IMG/VR virus record: IMGVR_UViG_3300020042_001945
Span: 1 to 49,495 of that record
Length of the DNA: 49,495 nt
Source of the DNA: a virus
Lineage: Duplodnaviria; Caudoviricetes
Strand: one strand, 5' to 3'
The translations under genes and the position numbers were made by a program. Positions 29,107 to 38,074 of the stretch are shown here, in pieces (within the stretch, counting starts at the first letter, position 1; each line of letters starts with the position of its first letter). The notes below the pieces were generated by a model. That model worked only from the letters and a program-made list of their open reading frames with translations, did no database searches and was not told the origin of the DNA.

Positions 29107-30888
29107 TCATCCTTCGCAAGCTAAGCAGGTGTCACCATCTGCAATTTGTTTTAAATCAATCTCATCTTCAATGCGCTGTCGTTTAATCTGTGAGCCAACC
29201 TTGTCAGCCTTCTTGACCTTCTCTGAGCGCAGATAGTATAAGCTCTTTAGTCCATTCTTCCATGCCATGAAGTGGATGCTGTGCAAATACTTGATGCTCA
29301 CAGTCGCTGGAAAGAATAGATTCACACTCTGACCCTGATCAATGTACTTCTGGCGATCAGCAGCATGCTCAATAATCCATCGCTGGTCAATCTCCATCGC
29401 TGTCTGGAACACTTCCTTGATGATGTCAGGGATGTCCAGATGCTGCACAGAGCCGTCATTGCTGATGATTGATGCCCATGTGTCATCATCGTTCAAGCCA
29501 AGCTCCTCAAGCTCTTTAACAAGGAATCTATTCTTATGAATAAACGCACCACTCAATGTATCCTGACGGTATACATTAGCGCGATAAGGCTCGATTGATG
29601 GGGATGTATTGCCCATGATGAGGCTGCTGCTGGCGTTAGGTGCCACTGCCATGTGATGACTGAAGCGGCGTTTCTTTTCAGAGAACATAGAGTCAGGACA
29701 TGGACCACGAAGCTCAACCAACCTTTCATCAGCCTTGAGACACTGGTTATGGATGTGCTTGAAGATTTCAATGTTGACGCTCTTAGCCATCACACCATCA
29801 AAGCTCATGCGTTTCTTTTGCAGATAGGCATGAAAGCCTAACGCGCCCAACCCGACACTACGTTCCATAGTGGCACTGACTTTAGCACGTTCAATAGGGC
29901 TAGGAGCATTGTCGATAAAATACTGAAGTACATTGTCCAGCATTTCCATAACATCATTGATAAAATGTTCATCGTGTTTCCAATCATCATAGTATTCAAG
30001 ATTCAAAGAAGACAGGCAACATACTGCTGTGCGTTTCTCACTTGTTGGCAAGAAGATTTCAGTGCATAGATTGCTGCCATTGATGGTGAGTCCCTTGTCC
30101 TTGAGCCATTGTGGTACAGCAGCATTAGCTGTGTCAATGAAGACAAGATAGGGTTCACCAGTTTGCATGCGAAGATCAAGAATCTTTTGCCACAGATACT
30201 TAGCAGACACCACTTCAACAACCTTATTGTTAGAAGGGTTAATCAACTCAAAGGCATCGTCAGCATCAGGGTCTTTCATGCACTCATCAATGATGGACAT
30301 GAACTTGTCAGACAGATTGACACCATGATGTAGGTTCAGTGTGCGTAGATTCTGATCACCCGTTGGCTTACGCATCTCAAGGAAGGCAATGATGTCTGGA
30401 TGATTGATGTTGAGGTAGGCAGCATAGCTACCACGCCGTGTGCTACCCTGCTTGTAGGCCAATGAACTAGCGTCATAGATTTTCAAGTGAGGCATGATGC
30501 CAGCAGACTTGTCATCGCTGTTGCGGATACCCATGTGGATACCGACACCACCACCTAACATCGAGAGCCAGTTAGTTTCAGATAGATTATCAACAAGACC
30601 CTCTGCACTATCATCAATATAGTTAAGAAAACAACTGATAGGCAAGCCACGCTTAGACCTACCAAAAGACAGGATAGGTGTAGAGTAACTAAGCCAGTGC
30701 CTACTACTGTATTCATACAGCCGCTGAGCGTGTGCAGCATTGGTTGCAAACGCTGACGATACAGCAGCAAAGCGCTCCTGTGGGCTAGTCTCATCCTCGC
30801 GCATGTAGCTTTCTTTAAGGCGTTGTAGTCCAAGTTCATCAAATAAAGAGTCTCTAGATTTGTCCAATACCACTGGGTATTTATTCAT
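29107..30888 (-). CDS. nrdA: Ribonucleotide reductase class Ia alpha subunit (short, no obvious ATP cone)
   Basis: STPIL, PISCF, GGGVG, RRGSYAAY, SNLCTEI, APNASSS, KSLYY, C-terminal CLACEG; in-frame ATGs at 30888, 30900 and 30912 make the start uncertain. Confidence 0.95.
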   Translation of the reverse strand: MNKYPVVLDKSRDSLFDELGLQRLKESYMREDETSPQERFAAVSSAFATNAAHAQRLYEYSSRHWLSYSTPILSFGRSKRGLPISCFLNYIDDSAEGLVDNLSETNWLSMLGGGVGIHMGIRNSDDKSAGIMPHLKIYDASSLAYKQGSTRRGSYAAYLNINHPDIIAFLEMRKPTGDQNLRTLNLHHGVNLSDKFMSIIDECMKDPDADDAFELINPSNNKVVEVVSAKYLWQKILDLRMQTGEPYLVFIDTANAAVPQWLKDKGLTINGSNLCTEIFLPTSEKRTAVCCLSSLNLEYYDDWKHDEHFINDVMEMLDNVLQYFIDNAPSPIERAKVSATMERSVGLGALGFHAYLQKKRMSFDGVMAKSVNIEIFKHIHNQCLKADERLVELRGPCPDSMFSEKKRRFSHHMAVAPNASSSLIMGNTSPSIEPYRANVYRQDTLSGAFIHKNRFLVKELEELGLNDDDTWASIISNDGSVQHLDIPDIIKEVFQTAMEIDQRWIIEHAADRQKYIDQGQSVNLFFPATVSIKYLHSIHFMAWKNGLKSLYYLRSEKVKKADKVGSQIKRQRIEDEIDLKQIADGDTCLACEG

Positions 30889-30923
30889 AATGCTATTCAT
30901 GTTCCTATTCATAATGCTATTCA
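30882..30923. repeat. 18-bp direct repeat at nrdA start
   Basis: TATTCATAATGCTATTCA at 30882-30899 and 30906-30923. Confidence 0.9.
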
Positions 30924-30930
30924 GGCGGGT

Positions 30931-30951
30931 AAAAAAGGGGCCGAAGCCCCT
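30931..30951 (-). terminator. Intrinsic terminator directly upstream of nrdA
   Basis: Minus strand AGGGGC-TTCG-GCCCCT followed by TTTTT. Confidence 0.85.
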
Positions 30952-31048
30952 GTTGAATATCAATGCCGTCTTTCCGTGCTGTCACTAATTGTCTAACCAG
31001 AAAAACCCCATAGTAGTTAAGGCCGTGATCAGGAACAGTAGTTATACC

Positions 31049-31255
31049 TTATTCATCATCCTTACTTTCTTTATTTCCATCCTGTGTTGTTTCTGCAACA
31101 GGAGGGGTTGCTTTTCTACCATTCTCAATAGCTTCTGATATACAGGCAATGATGGCATACCGAATTAGAAAGTCTTTGCCTTCCTCATCAAGGTAGATGT
31201 TGAAATCAGCAGACCCGTCTTCGTTCTCTTTAATAGATTCAACTGTAATTTTCAT
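31049..31255 (-). CDS. Hypothetical protein
   Basis: TAATG-coupled; IKENEDGSA pattern. Confidence 0.7.
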   Translation of the reverse strand: MKITVESIKENEDGSADFNIYLDEEGKDFLIRYAIIACISEAIENGRKATPPVAETTQDGNKESKDDE

Positions 31256-32145
31256 TAGAAGATATCCTTTCGTAGTTGTTTAACCTTGGCTGTTGTGTAG
31301 TGCGACAGAGTTTTGAAATTGATTGTAGGATTCTTATGAGCTTTGACAAACTCCCAAGCTTCTTCTTTAATCAGGTCATAGAACACTGTGTTGATCAACT
31401 GAGGAATGTTCTTTGAAGACCATCCATTGTTGTCGTTCTCAATCTTCGCCACCACCTTGTCGATCATAGCCTGTGTTACGAACTTGTCAACAATCTTTTC
31501 TTCAACGATTTCACAACCGGTGACAGGTGCGCCCATCTCCTTGTGATGCTTCTCTTTGAATTCATTGGTGATGATCTTTGCCCATACTTGCCGACCATAC
31601 CTGTTCTGATAGTCGTAGTTCTTGATGACGATACCTTCGCCAACACCAGCACCATCTTTAATCATGAAGATGTTTTGTTCAAGACACTCAGTGAAATGAT
31701 CAATGCTTCCGTTCTTAATGATGCGAAGTGGCGCAAGGTAGTTGATGCCAGCATCACGCAGCATTGGCATGTACTCATCGTATGACAGCAGCCGTTCCTT
31801 CGCACGATCACCAACATCGAACACATAGAACTTGCGCCATGCGTCATCGCTGTATGTCTTCAGTGTATGAGGAACAAGCCACTCACCATATAGGATGAGA
31901 TTGGGATTGCTGTACAGGAATGGAACAACATCAGAGTCATCCATCATAGCTCTCATGAAGCCAGCATTGTCTGCGTCCAATGACAACTCACGATTCCTAC
32001 TACCAGCACACATCTTGCCTTCATGCAGCCACACGCTAGCGTTAGTGCCATCAAGCTTTGGAAACACATAGCATGTGCCAACCTCAATGCCTTCTACTTC
32101 AGTGTTGCCAAACTTCTCAATGTGTTGATATTTAATGAAGCTCAT
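31255..32145 (-). CDS. RNA ligase-family (Rnl2-like) ATP-dependent nucleotidyltransferase
   Basis: Motif I KLDGTN, GSRN, motif III LYGEW, IIIa FYVFDV, IV EGIVIK, V WAKI. Confidence 0.8.
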   Translation of the reverse strand: MSFIKYQHIEKFGNTEVEGIEVGTCYVFPKLDGTNASVWLHEGKMCAGSRNRELSLDADNAGFMRAMMDDSDVVPFLYSNPNLILYGEWLVPHTLKTYSDDAWRKFYVFDVGDRAKERLLSYDEYMPMLRDAGINYLAPLRIIKNGSIDHFTECLEQNIFMIKDGAGVGEGIVIKNYDYQNRYGRQVWAKIITNEFKEKHHKEMGAPVTGCEIVEEKIVDKFVTQAMIDKVVAKIENDNNGWSSKNIPQLINTVFYDLIKEEAWEFVKAHKNPTINFKTLSHYTTAKVKQLRKDIF

Positions 32146-32330
32146 TTCGTTTTCCTTATACGAAGTTTACCACCTGCAACAAGTCCACCTATCAATGCAA
32201 GCATGGTAATGATTACTGGCACATACAGCGGAGCCGTTACCAACCACCAACTCCAATCAATATAGTTTGTTAACTTAAGCCCAATGAATAGTAGGGCAAG
32301 CATCGGTATGAAGCTCATTTCGTTTTCCTT
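32135..32330. repeat. Perfect 23-bp junction direct repeat
   Basis: ATGAAGCTCATTTCGTTTTCCTT at 32135-32157 and 32308-32330. Confidence 0.95.
32142..32318 (-). CDS. 58-aa membrane protein (not in ORF track)
   Basis: MSFIPMLALLFIGLKLTNYIDWSWWLVTAPLYVPVIITMLALIGGLVAGGKLRIRKTK; LKL...I.WSW..V..P pattern; ATGA overlaps at both ends. Confidence 0.8.
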   Translation of the reverse strand: MSFIPMLALLFIGLKLTNYIDWSWWLVTAPLYVPVIITMLALIGGLVAGGKLRIRKTK

Positions 32331-32683
32331 TCAAGTTTCTCTTGGGTAGTTTTCTCTTTATGGCAGGGTTTGCACATCACTTGAAGCCCATCAATCTCAC
32401 AGAACATTCTAGTGATGTACACATCCCAACTGATGAAGCCCTTCTTAGGGTCAACGACAGGGTGGATATGGTCTACCTGTACATCAGCAGCAACAAAGAT
32501 GCCTTCACAGGTAACGCACTTGTAGTGCATTGCAATCTTACCAGTTTTTGCATTAACCTTCTTACCGACAAAGGCTTCTTTCAAAGACTTGTACTTAGGA
32601 GGCCATCGTCTGGACGCAGCACGAAGCGCCGAAGTGATGAAGCTTCGGAACCTCGCGTCAGTCCATTCACCGGAGTTATGCAT
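32315..32683 (-). CDS. HNH endonuclease
   Basis: CxxC (CVTC), VDHIHPV, LQVMCKPCH..KT. Confidence 0.85.
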   Translation of the reverse strand: MHNSGEWTDARFRSFITSALRAASRRWPPKYKSLKEAFVGKKVNAKTGKIAMHYKCVTCEGIFVAADVQVDHIHPVVDPKKGFISWDVYITRMFCEIDGLQVMCKPCHKEKTTQEKLERKTK

Positions 32684-32867
32684 CTGGCAAAGTGTTTGTT
32701 ACAACATTAGACATGTCAACATTGTATGTTGCTGCCCATAAGATGTCACGAACAATCTCGCAAACTTCTGCAATGTCGTATGCAATGTAGTCTTGTTGAG
32801 AAAACTCTTCGTTGTATGTGACGATGAAACCATTATTGGCTAAGTGAATAACAATATTCTCCATCAT
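32676..32867 (-). CDS. Hypothetical protein
   Basis: Coupled ORF, I....NGFIV pattern. Confidence 0.6.
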   Translation of the reverse strand: MMENIVIHLANNGFIVTYNEEFSQQDYIAYDIAEVCEIVRDILWAATYNVDMSNVVTNTLPDA

Positions 32868-33037
32868 AGTCCTTCAATATCAACACGAGTAAACACAATC
32901 TCTTGAGCATCAAACCTGTACAGCCCGTAAGATATCTGATCTTTAATTTCTTCAATAAGATAATCCTCATTGCTGTAAGCAGCACCAAGATCATCTACAT
33001 CTACATGAAACTCAACAGTGACAGTAGCTTTAGCCAT
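32864..33037 (-). CDS. 57-aa acidic hypothetical protein (not in ORF track)
   Basis: MAKATVTVEFHVDVDDLG...VDIEGL; SD GGAG; fills the gap between neighbours. Confidence 0.65.
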   Translation of the reverse strand: MAKATVTVEFHVDVDDLGAAYSNEDYLIEEIKDQISYGLYRFDAQEIVFTRVDIEGL

Positions 33038-33545
33038 TAGTTTTCTCCAAAGTTTTATCTAGATCAAACGCCAGCAAGAACAGCAAGCAGCACATAGCGT
33101 GTGCCAAATGGCTCTTATCTGTCTCAGCATCAAGCTTCTCACCACTGGCATACGCTGACATGTGACGGAACGCTGCATCAATGTAGCGCTGCCGTGCGTT
33201 AGGCACCTTCTTCCAGTTGTCAGGAGCATACTTCCTTGCACCAATGGTCAGCACCTTCACCACTTCGTCAAGGGCTTTGAAAGGAACCAGAGTCCATTGA
33301 GGTTTGTCTTGATCAAACTTAACACCAGCCTTAGTTGCGTATCTCAAAGAATCGTAAGTGTGACCCTTAATGTCCTGTTGTCGTTCAGAAAAAATAGTCT
33401 TGCCAACAGGTGTATCTGGCACATTTGCTAGGAAGTCCATACCTACCCAATTTTCATGAGTACCATAATGTGAAACACAAGTATCACAAGGGGGAGCATG
33501 CAAGGACTGCTGCTGATAAAAACAAGTGCTGCATTGCCCACTCAT
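33030..33545 (-). CDS. dATP/dGTP diphosphohydrolase-domain protein (DUF5664-like) with N-terminal Cys cluster
   Basis: KFD..KP.W.LVP, VLT.GA.KY..DNW, RY.DAA.RH, D.ET..SHLAHA.C.LLFL; N-terminal CSTC...PCDTC. Confidence 0.8.
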   Translation of the reverse strand: MSGQCSTCFYQQQSLHAPPCDTCVSHYGTHENWVGMDFLANVPDTPVGKTIFSERQQDIKGHTYDSLRYATKAGVKFDQDKPQWTLVPFKALDEVVKVLTIGARKYAPDNWKKVPNARQRYIDAAFRHMSAYASGEKLDAETDKSHLAHAMCCLLFLLAFDLDKTLEKTNG

Positions 33546-33886
33546 TGCATACCTCCAACTGTTTTGCTATTAACAGTGAGTGACAAACCTTCCTCTGTAG
33601 CTATCATAGTTTGAATATCAACATCATCAGCATCGCCATACAGCTTAGTACATTCAGTCATGATCTTCTCTGTCAGGTCTACATCTTCCTCCATCATAGA
33701 GATAGTAGTAGCTACTAACATTGCCATACTAATTAGGTCACGGGTATTCTCTTCAGAGATTGTTATAGGTCCAGCACCAGTAATGAATACTTCAAAGTTT
33801 CCATCCCATTCATTATCTTCTGTAACGATAGGACGCAACACCAATGCTACATCGTTTGGTTTAAGTGGGTACTCGGTGGAGTCCAT
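33542..33886 (-). CDS. Hypothetical protein
   Basis: 114-aa acidic ORF overlapping the exonuclease end. Confidence 0.65.
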   Translation of the reverse strand: MDSTEYPLKPNDVALVLRPIVTEDNEWDGNFEVFITGAGPITISEENTRDLISMAMLVATTISMMEEDVDLTEKIMTECTKLYGDADDVDIQTMIATEEGLSLTVNSKTVGGMQ

Positions 33887-34569
33887 AAAGGTTCGTCCTT
33901 TGTTCTGCGTAAATAAAGTAATCGAGCATTCTCAATTACACGATCTTCATTGCCATCGTATGCTTCCACACAACGACAGTACATGTCATACTCATAGACA
34001 CAATCACTCAGCATCTTGTTAGCCTTTACCGGACCAACACCCTTGATGCCAATGATGTTATCTGCTGCATCTCCTGTCAATATCTGACAGTATAGTTTGA
34101 ATAAGCCTTCTGCTTCAGAGACATAGTAGCCTGTCTTCTTTACGAAGTTGTAGTGCCACCCTGCCACCTGATCAATGTCCTTATCCAACGATACCATGAT
34201 GCCATCATCGCCTAGCTCTGTGCCAGCAACTGCAACATCATCATCAGCTTCTTGTCCATCAGATACAGTAGCACCCCATTCCTTTATCATATGCTCACGC
34301 AAGGCTGGCAAATGATCAGGCTTAGGGGCAGTTCTGTTTCCTTTGTAGACAGCTGTTACAGCTATGTCCTTGCGGAAGTTTGTTTTTCCTGTAAGGAACA
34401 GCTTCCAACTATCTACAAAGCAATCAGGATATGTGTTGTCAACACCACATGCAAGGATGTCAATGAGGTAGCCATCAAGTCTATGCTTGGCAGCTGTTTC
34501 ATTTTCATCCTTACATGCGAATGCTATGCGGTAGGCAACAATGTCACTGTCAATCAGTGCTATCGTCAT
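33847..34569 (-). CDS. 5'-3' exonuclease (T7 gp6 / FEN-like)
   Basis: ALIDSDIVAY, NFR, YKGNR, EADD, SLDKD, LTGD..DNI.GIKGVGPVKA. Confidence 0.92.
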   Translation of the reverse strand: MTIALIDSDIVAYRIAFACKDENETAAKHRLDGYLIDILACGVDNTYPDCFVDSWKLFLTGKTNFRKDIAVTAVYKGNRTAPKPDHLPALREHMIKEWGATVSDGQEADDDVAVAGTELGDDGIMVSLDKDIDQVAGWHYNFVKKTGYYVSEAEGLFKLYCQILTGDAADNIIGIKGVGPVKANKMLSDCVYEYDMYCRCVEAYDGNEDRVIENARLLYLRRTKDEPLWTPPSTHLNQTM

Positions 34570-34711
34570 CTTCTTCGTCAAGCCTGTATTGAAGATTATC
34601 AACCTCATGTCGCAGGTCAATAATCTCAGCTAGCAGAGCAGCCCTCTTAGTGTCACCACTAATGTAGGCATGCCGTTCAGATTGCTCTAGTTCACAGGAG
34701 TTCATCATCAT
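34550..34711 (-). CDS. Small hypothetical protein
   Basis: ER.AYISGD...A.LL pattern; start among three consecutive ATGs after GGAG. Confidence 0.55.
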   Translation of the reverse strand: MMMNSCELEQSERHAYISGDTKRAALLAEIIDLRHEVDNLQYRLDEEDDDSTD

Positions 34712-35087
34712 CAAGGCTCCCACCAGCACTGGCGTATTCAACCAGATCGGTAATGACCAGCTTCTTCAGCGAAGGGCTAATACCTTTCTTGTTCTTGTAT
34801 GCCCACTCGTAGGGATTAACAACAGCTTTAGCTTTGCTGCCATTACCGATGAGTTCTTTAATCTCATCACCTTCCAAATCAAAAGCTTTGATTGGTGTGT
34901 TGCTCTTGCAAGTAATGTAGTTACCCATACCCTCTTTGTTGAGAGTAGAAATGCTCAGCGCTTCCAATGCTTTGACAGCAGCATCGCTAAGATTGCACAG
35001 GTTCACCTGATACTTACCACTCATATCATTGACCTTAGTCAACTGCGCCCACATGATGTCACACTTAAACTTAACAAGATTTTCCAT
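34692..35087 (-). CDS. Single-stranded DNA-binding protein (T7 gp2.5-like)
   Basis: WA......MSGKYQV, IGNGSK, L.ITDLVEY, acidic tail DDDELL; between polymerase and exonuclease. Confidence 0.8.
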   Translation of the reverse strand: MENLVKFKCDIMWAQLTKVNDMSGKYQVNLCNLSDAAVKALEALSISTLNKEGMGNYITCKSNTPIKAFDLEGDEIKELIGNGSKAKAVVNPYEWAYKNKKGISPSLKKLVITDLVEYASAGGSLDDDELL

Positions 35088-35157
35088 ATACTTCCTTAGT
35101 TAAAACAGTGGCGCTAACGGGGCCACCCATACCGCTTCTTTTACTAAAGAAGAAAAC

Positions 35158-37218
35158 CTATTGTACAACAAGCTTCTCAGCTTCTGCAATGTAATAGTCG
35201 TAGTCAATATCATTGCTGAAGTCTTTGATGTTGTTACATGTCTTAACATTCCAGCTGCTGTCAATCGACAACCGTCTATCTTCACCACCAGCAATCAATG
35301 CTGGCATGATTTTAACCAGCTTACCACCATCTTTGCAAGCGTAGTAACGACAAATGTTTTGCTGTTGTATTTCAGTGCCATCATCCATCACCAGCATAAG
35401 CTTGCTATTGCGTGGCACCTTTGTTCTCAGCATGAAATTGTACATATCTTTATGGTTTTGTACAAAATCTTTAATGCCTGTACCATAAATCATGTTTGCT
35501 TCAGCTGCCATAGGGATGACTAAGCCACCTTGGTTTTGATGCCAGCCCAATCCTTCATACTGATATGCTCCCTTGCGTTTAACTTTGCCATCAGTGTAGA
35601 AGGCAAGGTAGTTATTCACATCACGGATAATCATCTTTGAATAGTTGGCATACTCAAGCTGCAATCCTACCTGCTGCTGCCATGCTTCACAGATGGTGTT
35701 GTACCTGTCCATCATGTTGCGTGGACACAACACAGTGACACCATCGGTGTTGACCTGCACCAATGACAAGCCCTCAATAGTCAACAGCTTCTCAGCCAAC
35801 AGGCACAGGCTAAGCTGTCCATTGATGGTGATCGTCATGGTGTATTGCGGGTCATAGAAGGGGCTGTACTGGTTGTTGCTGTCACCATACACGCCATTCA
35901 ATGCCAGCTTCAGCATAGCGTTCTCAGCACTAGCCTTGGGGTAGCTCTTACGCTGCTCGTACACATCCTTGTAGATGTCACAGAACCTGTCAGTGAGGTG
36001 TTCTGGATACACCCTGTTGGCAATGGCAATGTTCGGATACATAGAGCTAACATCCGCATCAATAAGCTGGTGAGTATCGCTCTCAGCTACGATGCATGAT
36101 GACAAGCTGCCATGAATGCCACCAGTGCCGAAGTCAAAGCGAAAGCCATCAACCATGACATTCAATGTCTCAGCTTCATGCCAGCAGTACCAGTAGGAAT
36201 AGACAGGCTGGCCTTTCTTCTTGGCCTTCAACTCCACCTTATCAATCCAGCCAGCAGGGTAGGCAGCTTTGAAAGCAGCAAGCTCTTCGTCTATCTGCTC
36301 TGCCTTAAACTTCTTACGCATGACATTCATGTCAGCAAACATCGCCACTCGCTCAAGCTTGTCCTCAGTTATGTCAGAGAACACACCCTTAGTTTCAGTG
36401 ATGGTCTGCTTCTTGAACCATTCAAAGATTGCCTGAAACTCTGGACGCTGGAAGTCATAGTAACTAAACAAGCAGTCTTTGATGGCAATCAATGGACGCT
36501 TAGTCTGGTTAATAACCTTCTTACCAGTACTGTCTTTCTTGTAGCATGAGTCTGGCATTGTCTTCTCAAGCTGCATGATGAAGTAGTCTTTGCCGATCTT
36601 TGTATCATTGTGATTGGTGAAGTCACGCCGATACTTCTTCGACAACTCATCACGAAAGCGGATGAGATTCAATGAGATGTTGTAGAAGTCGAGTGTCTTC
36701 ACTACATCATGCATGTTGTATTTAAGCAACACATCAATCTCACTGTCAGTAAGCTCAGTGCCAACAGGGAAGGGTAAGTCCTCAATGCTGTCAGACTTCA
36801 TATTAAATTCAATCATCTTCAGACTAGTGGCTCGTGCCTTGTTGTCGAAGTGATGTATCTTAAATAGATCGATCTGCTTTATATACTCTTTTAAACGAGC
36901 ATTATTATGCTCAGCTTGTACAGAGATGAGGTCTTGTGCAACCTTGTATGCTTTCTTGGCAACAGCTTTGCCCGACACTGTGACAGCTTTAGCCCTCACC
37001 TCAAGCAACTCATGCAACACTGGATAGTCAAAGCCCTTGTTGTTGAAGCCAACCATCCTATGCTTCTTGTCATGCAACATGTCTAAGAACTCAAACAATT
37101 GCGACACATCATTTTTTCGTGATGAGCATTCGTACACATGAGTGCGTGAGTTGTCTGCACAGATGGCTGTGAAGGTGAAGCAGTTAGGGTATGTTTCAAT
37201 ATCGTATACCCAATCCAT
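35158..37218 (-). CDS. polB: DNA polymerase, family B, with 3'-5' exonuclease
   Basis: Exo I YDIET, Exo II GFNNKGFD, Exo III YNMHD; polymerase motifs DVSSMYPN, KLALNGVYG, NTDG, NNY...KRKG. Confidence 0.9.
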   Translation of the reverse strand: MDWVYDIETYPNCFTFTAICADNSRTHVYECSSRKNDVSQLFEFLDMLHDKKHRMVGFNNKGFDYPVLHELLEVRAKAVTVSGKAVAKKAYKVAQDLISVQAEHNNARLKEYIKQIDLFKIHHFDNKARATSLKMIEFNMKSDSIEDLPFPVGTELTDSEIDVLLKYNMHDVVKTLDFYNISLNLIRFRDELSKKYRRDFTNHNDTKIGKDYFIMQLEKTMPDSCYKKDSTGKKVINQTKRPLIAIKDCLFSYYDFQRPEFQAIFEWFKKQTITETKGVFSDITEDKLERVAMFADMNVMRKKFKAEQIDEELAAFKAAYPAGWIDKVELKAKKKGQPVYSYWYCWHEAETLNVMVDGFRFDFGTGGIHGSLSSCIVAESDTHQLIDADVSSMYPNIAIANRVYPEHLTDRFCDIYKDVYEQRKSYPKASAENAMLKLALNGVYGDSNNQYSPFYDPQYTMTITINGQLSLCLLAEKLLTIEGLSLVQVNTDGVTVLCPRNMMDRYNTICEAWQQQVGLQLEYANYSKMIIRDVNNYLAFYTDGKVKRKGAYQYEGLGWHQNQGGLVIPMAAEANMIYGTGIKDFVQNHKDMYNFMLRTKVPRNSKLMLVMDDGTEIQQQNICRYYACKDGGKLVKIMPALIAGGEDRRLSIDSSWNVKTCNNIKDFSNDIDYDYYIAEAEKLVVQ

Positions 37219-37219
37219 T

Positions 37220-37603
37220 TCATTTCCTCTTCTTTAATTGTTTATCTCGATACGCATACATTAAATGATTGCTCACCTCCTGTATAGCATATGCCTGAAA
37301 CTCAATGCTTGGTGATTCCTCACCAATGTATCTCAAGTATTCCTGCACCACATGTACAGCTTCATGTACTAACAGACCCGCTGTTGGTATGCCATCCAGT
37401 TTTTTGTCAGCAATACATACAAAGCTGGCGCGGTTTCCTTTTGCTGTGACAACATAGTGTGTCATGGCAAGAGCGTCATCGTCAATCCATTTAGGCCACG
37501 GGGTTGGCACCTTTGTTCGCCTGAGTTCTTTTACAAATTCAGCCTCTGTTGTACACAGACAAAGGAAGTCACCCCTTATCAGGGTTCGATCAAGCCATGT
37601 CAT
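37220..37603 (-). CDS. HExxH-motif protein (zincin-like)
   Basis: LVHEAVH followed by E..AY. Confidence 0.6.
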   Translation of the reverse strand: MTWLDRTLIRGDFLCLCTTEAEFVKELRRTKVPTPWPKWIDDDALAMTHYVVTAKGNRASFVCIADKKLDGIPTAGLLVHEAVHVVQEYLRYIGEESPSIEFQAYAIQEVSNHLMYAYRDKQLKKRK

Positions 37604-37748
37604 TAGATGCACCATTGATGACAGCTAGTAACAAGTTGACGCTTTGAATAATCATATGCTGGTGCATTGGTTGCAAGTTCTTAAACTCTGGTAAAGGTCT
37701 AGGACTCTTCTTTCTTATCGCTTGCCAATAGATTTCTATCTCGCTCAT
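37590..37748 (-). CDS. 52-aa hypothetical protein (not in ORF track)
   Basis: MSEIEIYWQAIRKKSPRPLPEFKNLQPMHQHMIIQSVNLLLAVINGASNDMA; SD AAGGA. Confidence 0.6.
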   Translation of the reverse strand: MSEIEIYWQAIRKKSPRPLPEFKNLQPMHQHMIIQSVNLLLAVINGASNDMA

Positions 37749-37816
37749 GTTCATTCCTTAATGTTGCATTTGGTAAGTACTTATTAACATCTACCGACAG
37801 TTTGAAATCTTCAACA

Positions 37817-38074
37817 CTACCCTTGCTCATCTGCAATACCAATAACAAAACTTACTTTAAATCCAGCTAACATATCAATCGTCTTGTCATCAAGAAGATC
37901 AAACATCTTGTCAGCTTCTTCTTTACAAAGAGCGTATTCAAATAGATGCGCCCATGTATAACTATCTTCGTTACTGGGTTTAGTTTTAAAGTAATCAACT
38001 GCCCTCTCAAGCATTCTAAATTGGTAGTATCTAGAATTATAATAATTAGTAATCTTTTCAACGTCTTGTTTCAT
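37817..38074 (-). CDS. Hypothetical protein
   Basis: ATGA overlap with primase-helicase stop; AT-rich. Confidence 0.6.
   Translation of the reverse strand: MKQDVEKITNYYNSRYYQFRMLERAVDYFKTKPSNEDSYTWAHLFEYALCKEEADKMFDLLDDKTIDMLAGFKVSFVIGIADEQG

Noticed and set aside
30952-31048. Cobalamin riboswitch upstream of nrdAB
   Set aside because: Region too short and lacks recognisable B12-box sequences.
30985-31059. Hydrophobic mini-ORF MMNKV*LLFLITALTTMGFFWLDN on minus strand suggesting stop readthrough or recoding
   Set aside because: Single case with TAA; all other genes read normally in the standard code.
35108-35152. Two small hairpins between polB and ssb
   Set aside because: GTGGC/GCCAC and CTTCTTT/AAAGAAG stems are short and lack a U-tract in the transcribed direction; function unsupported.
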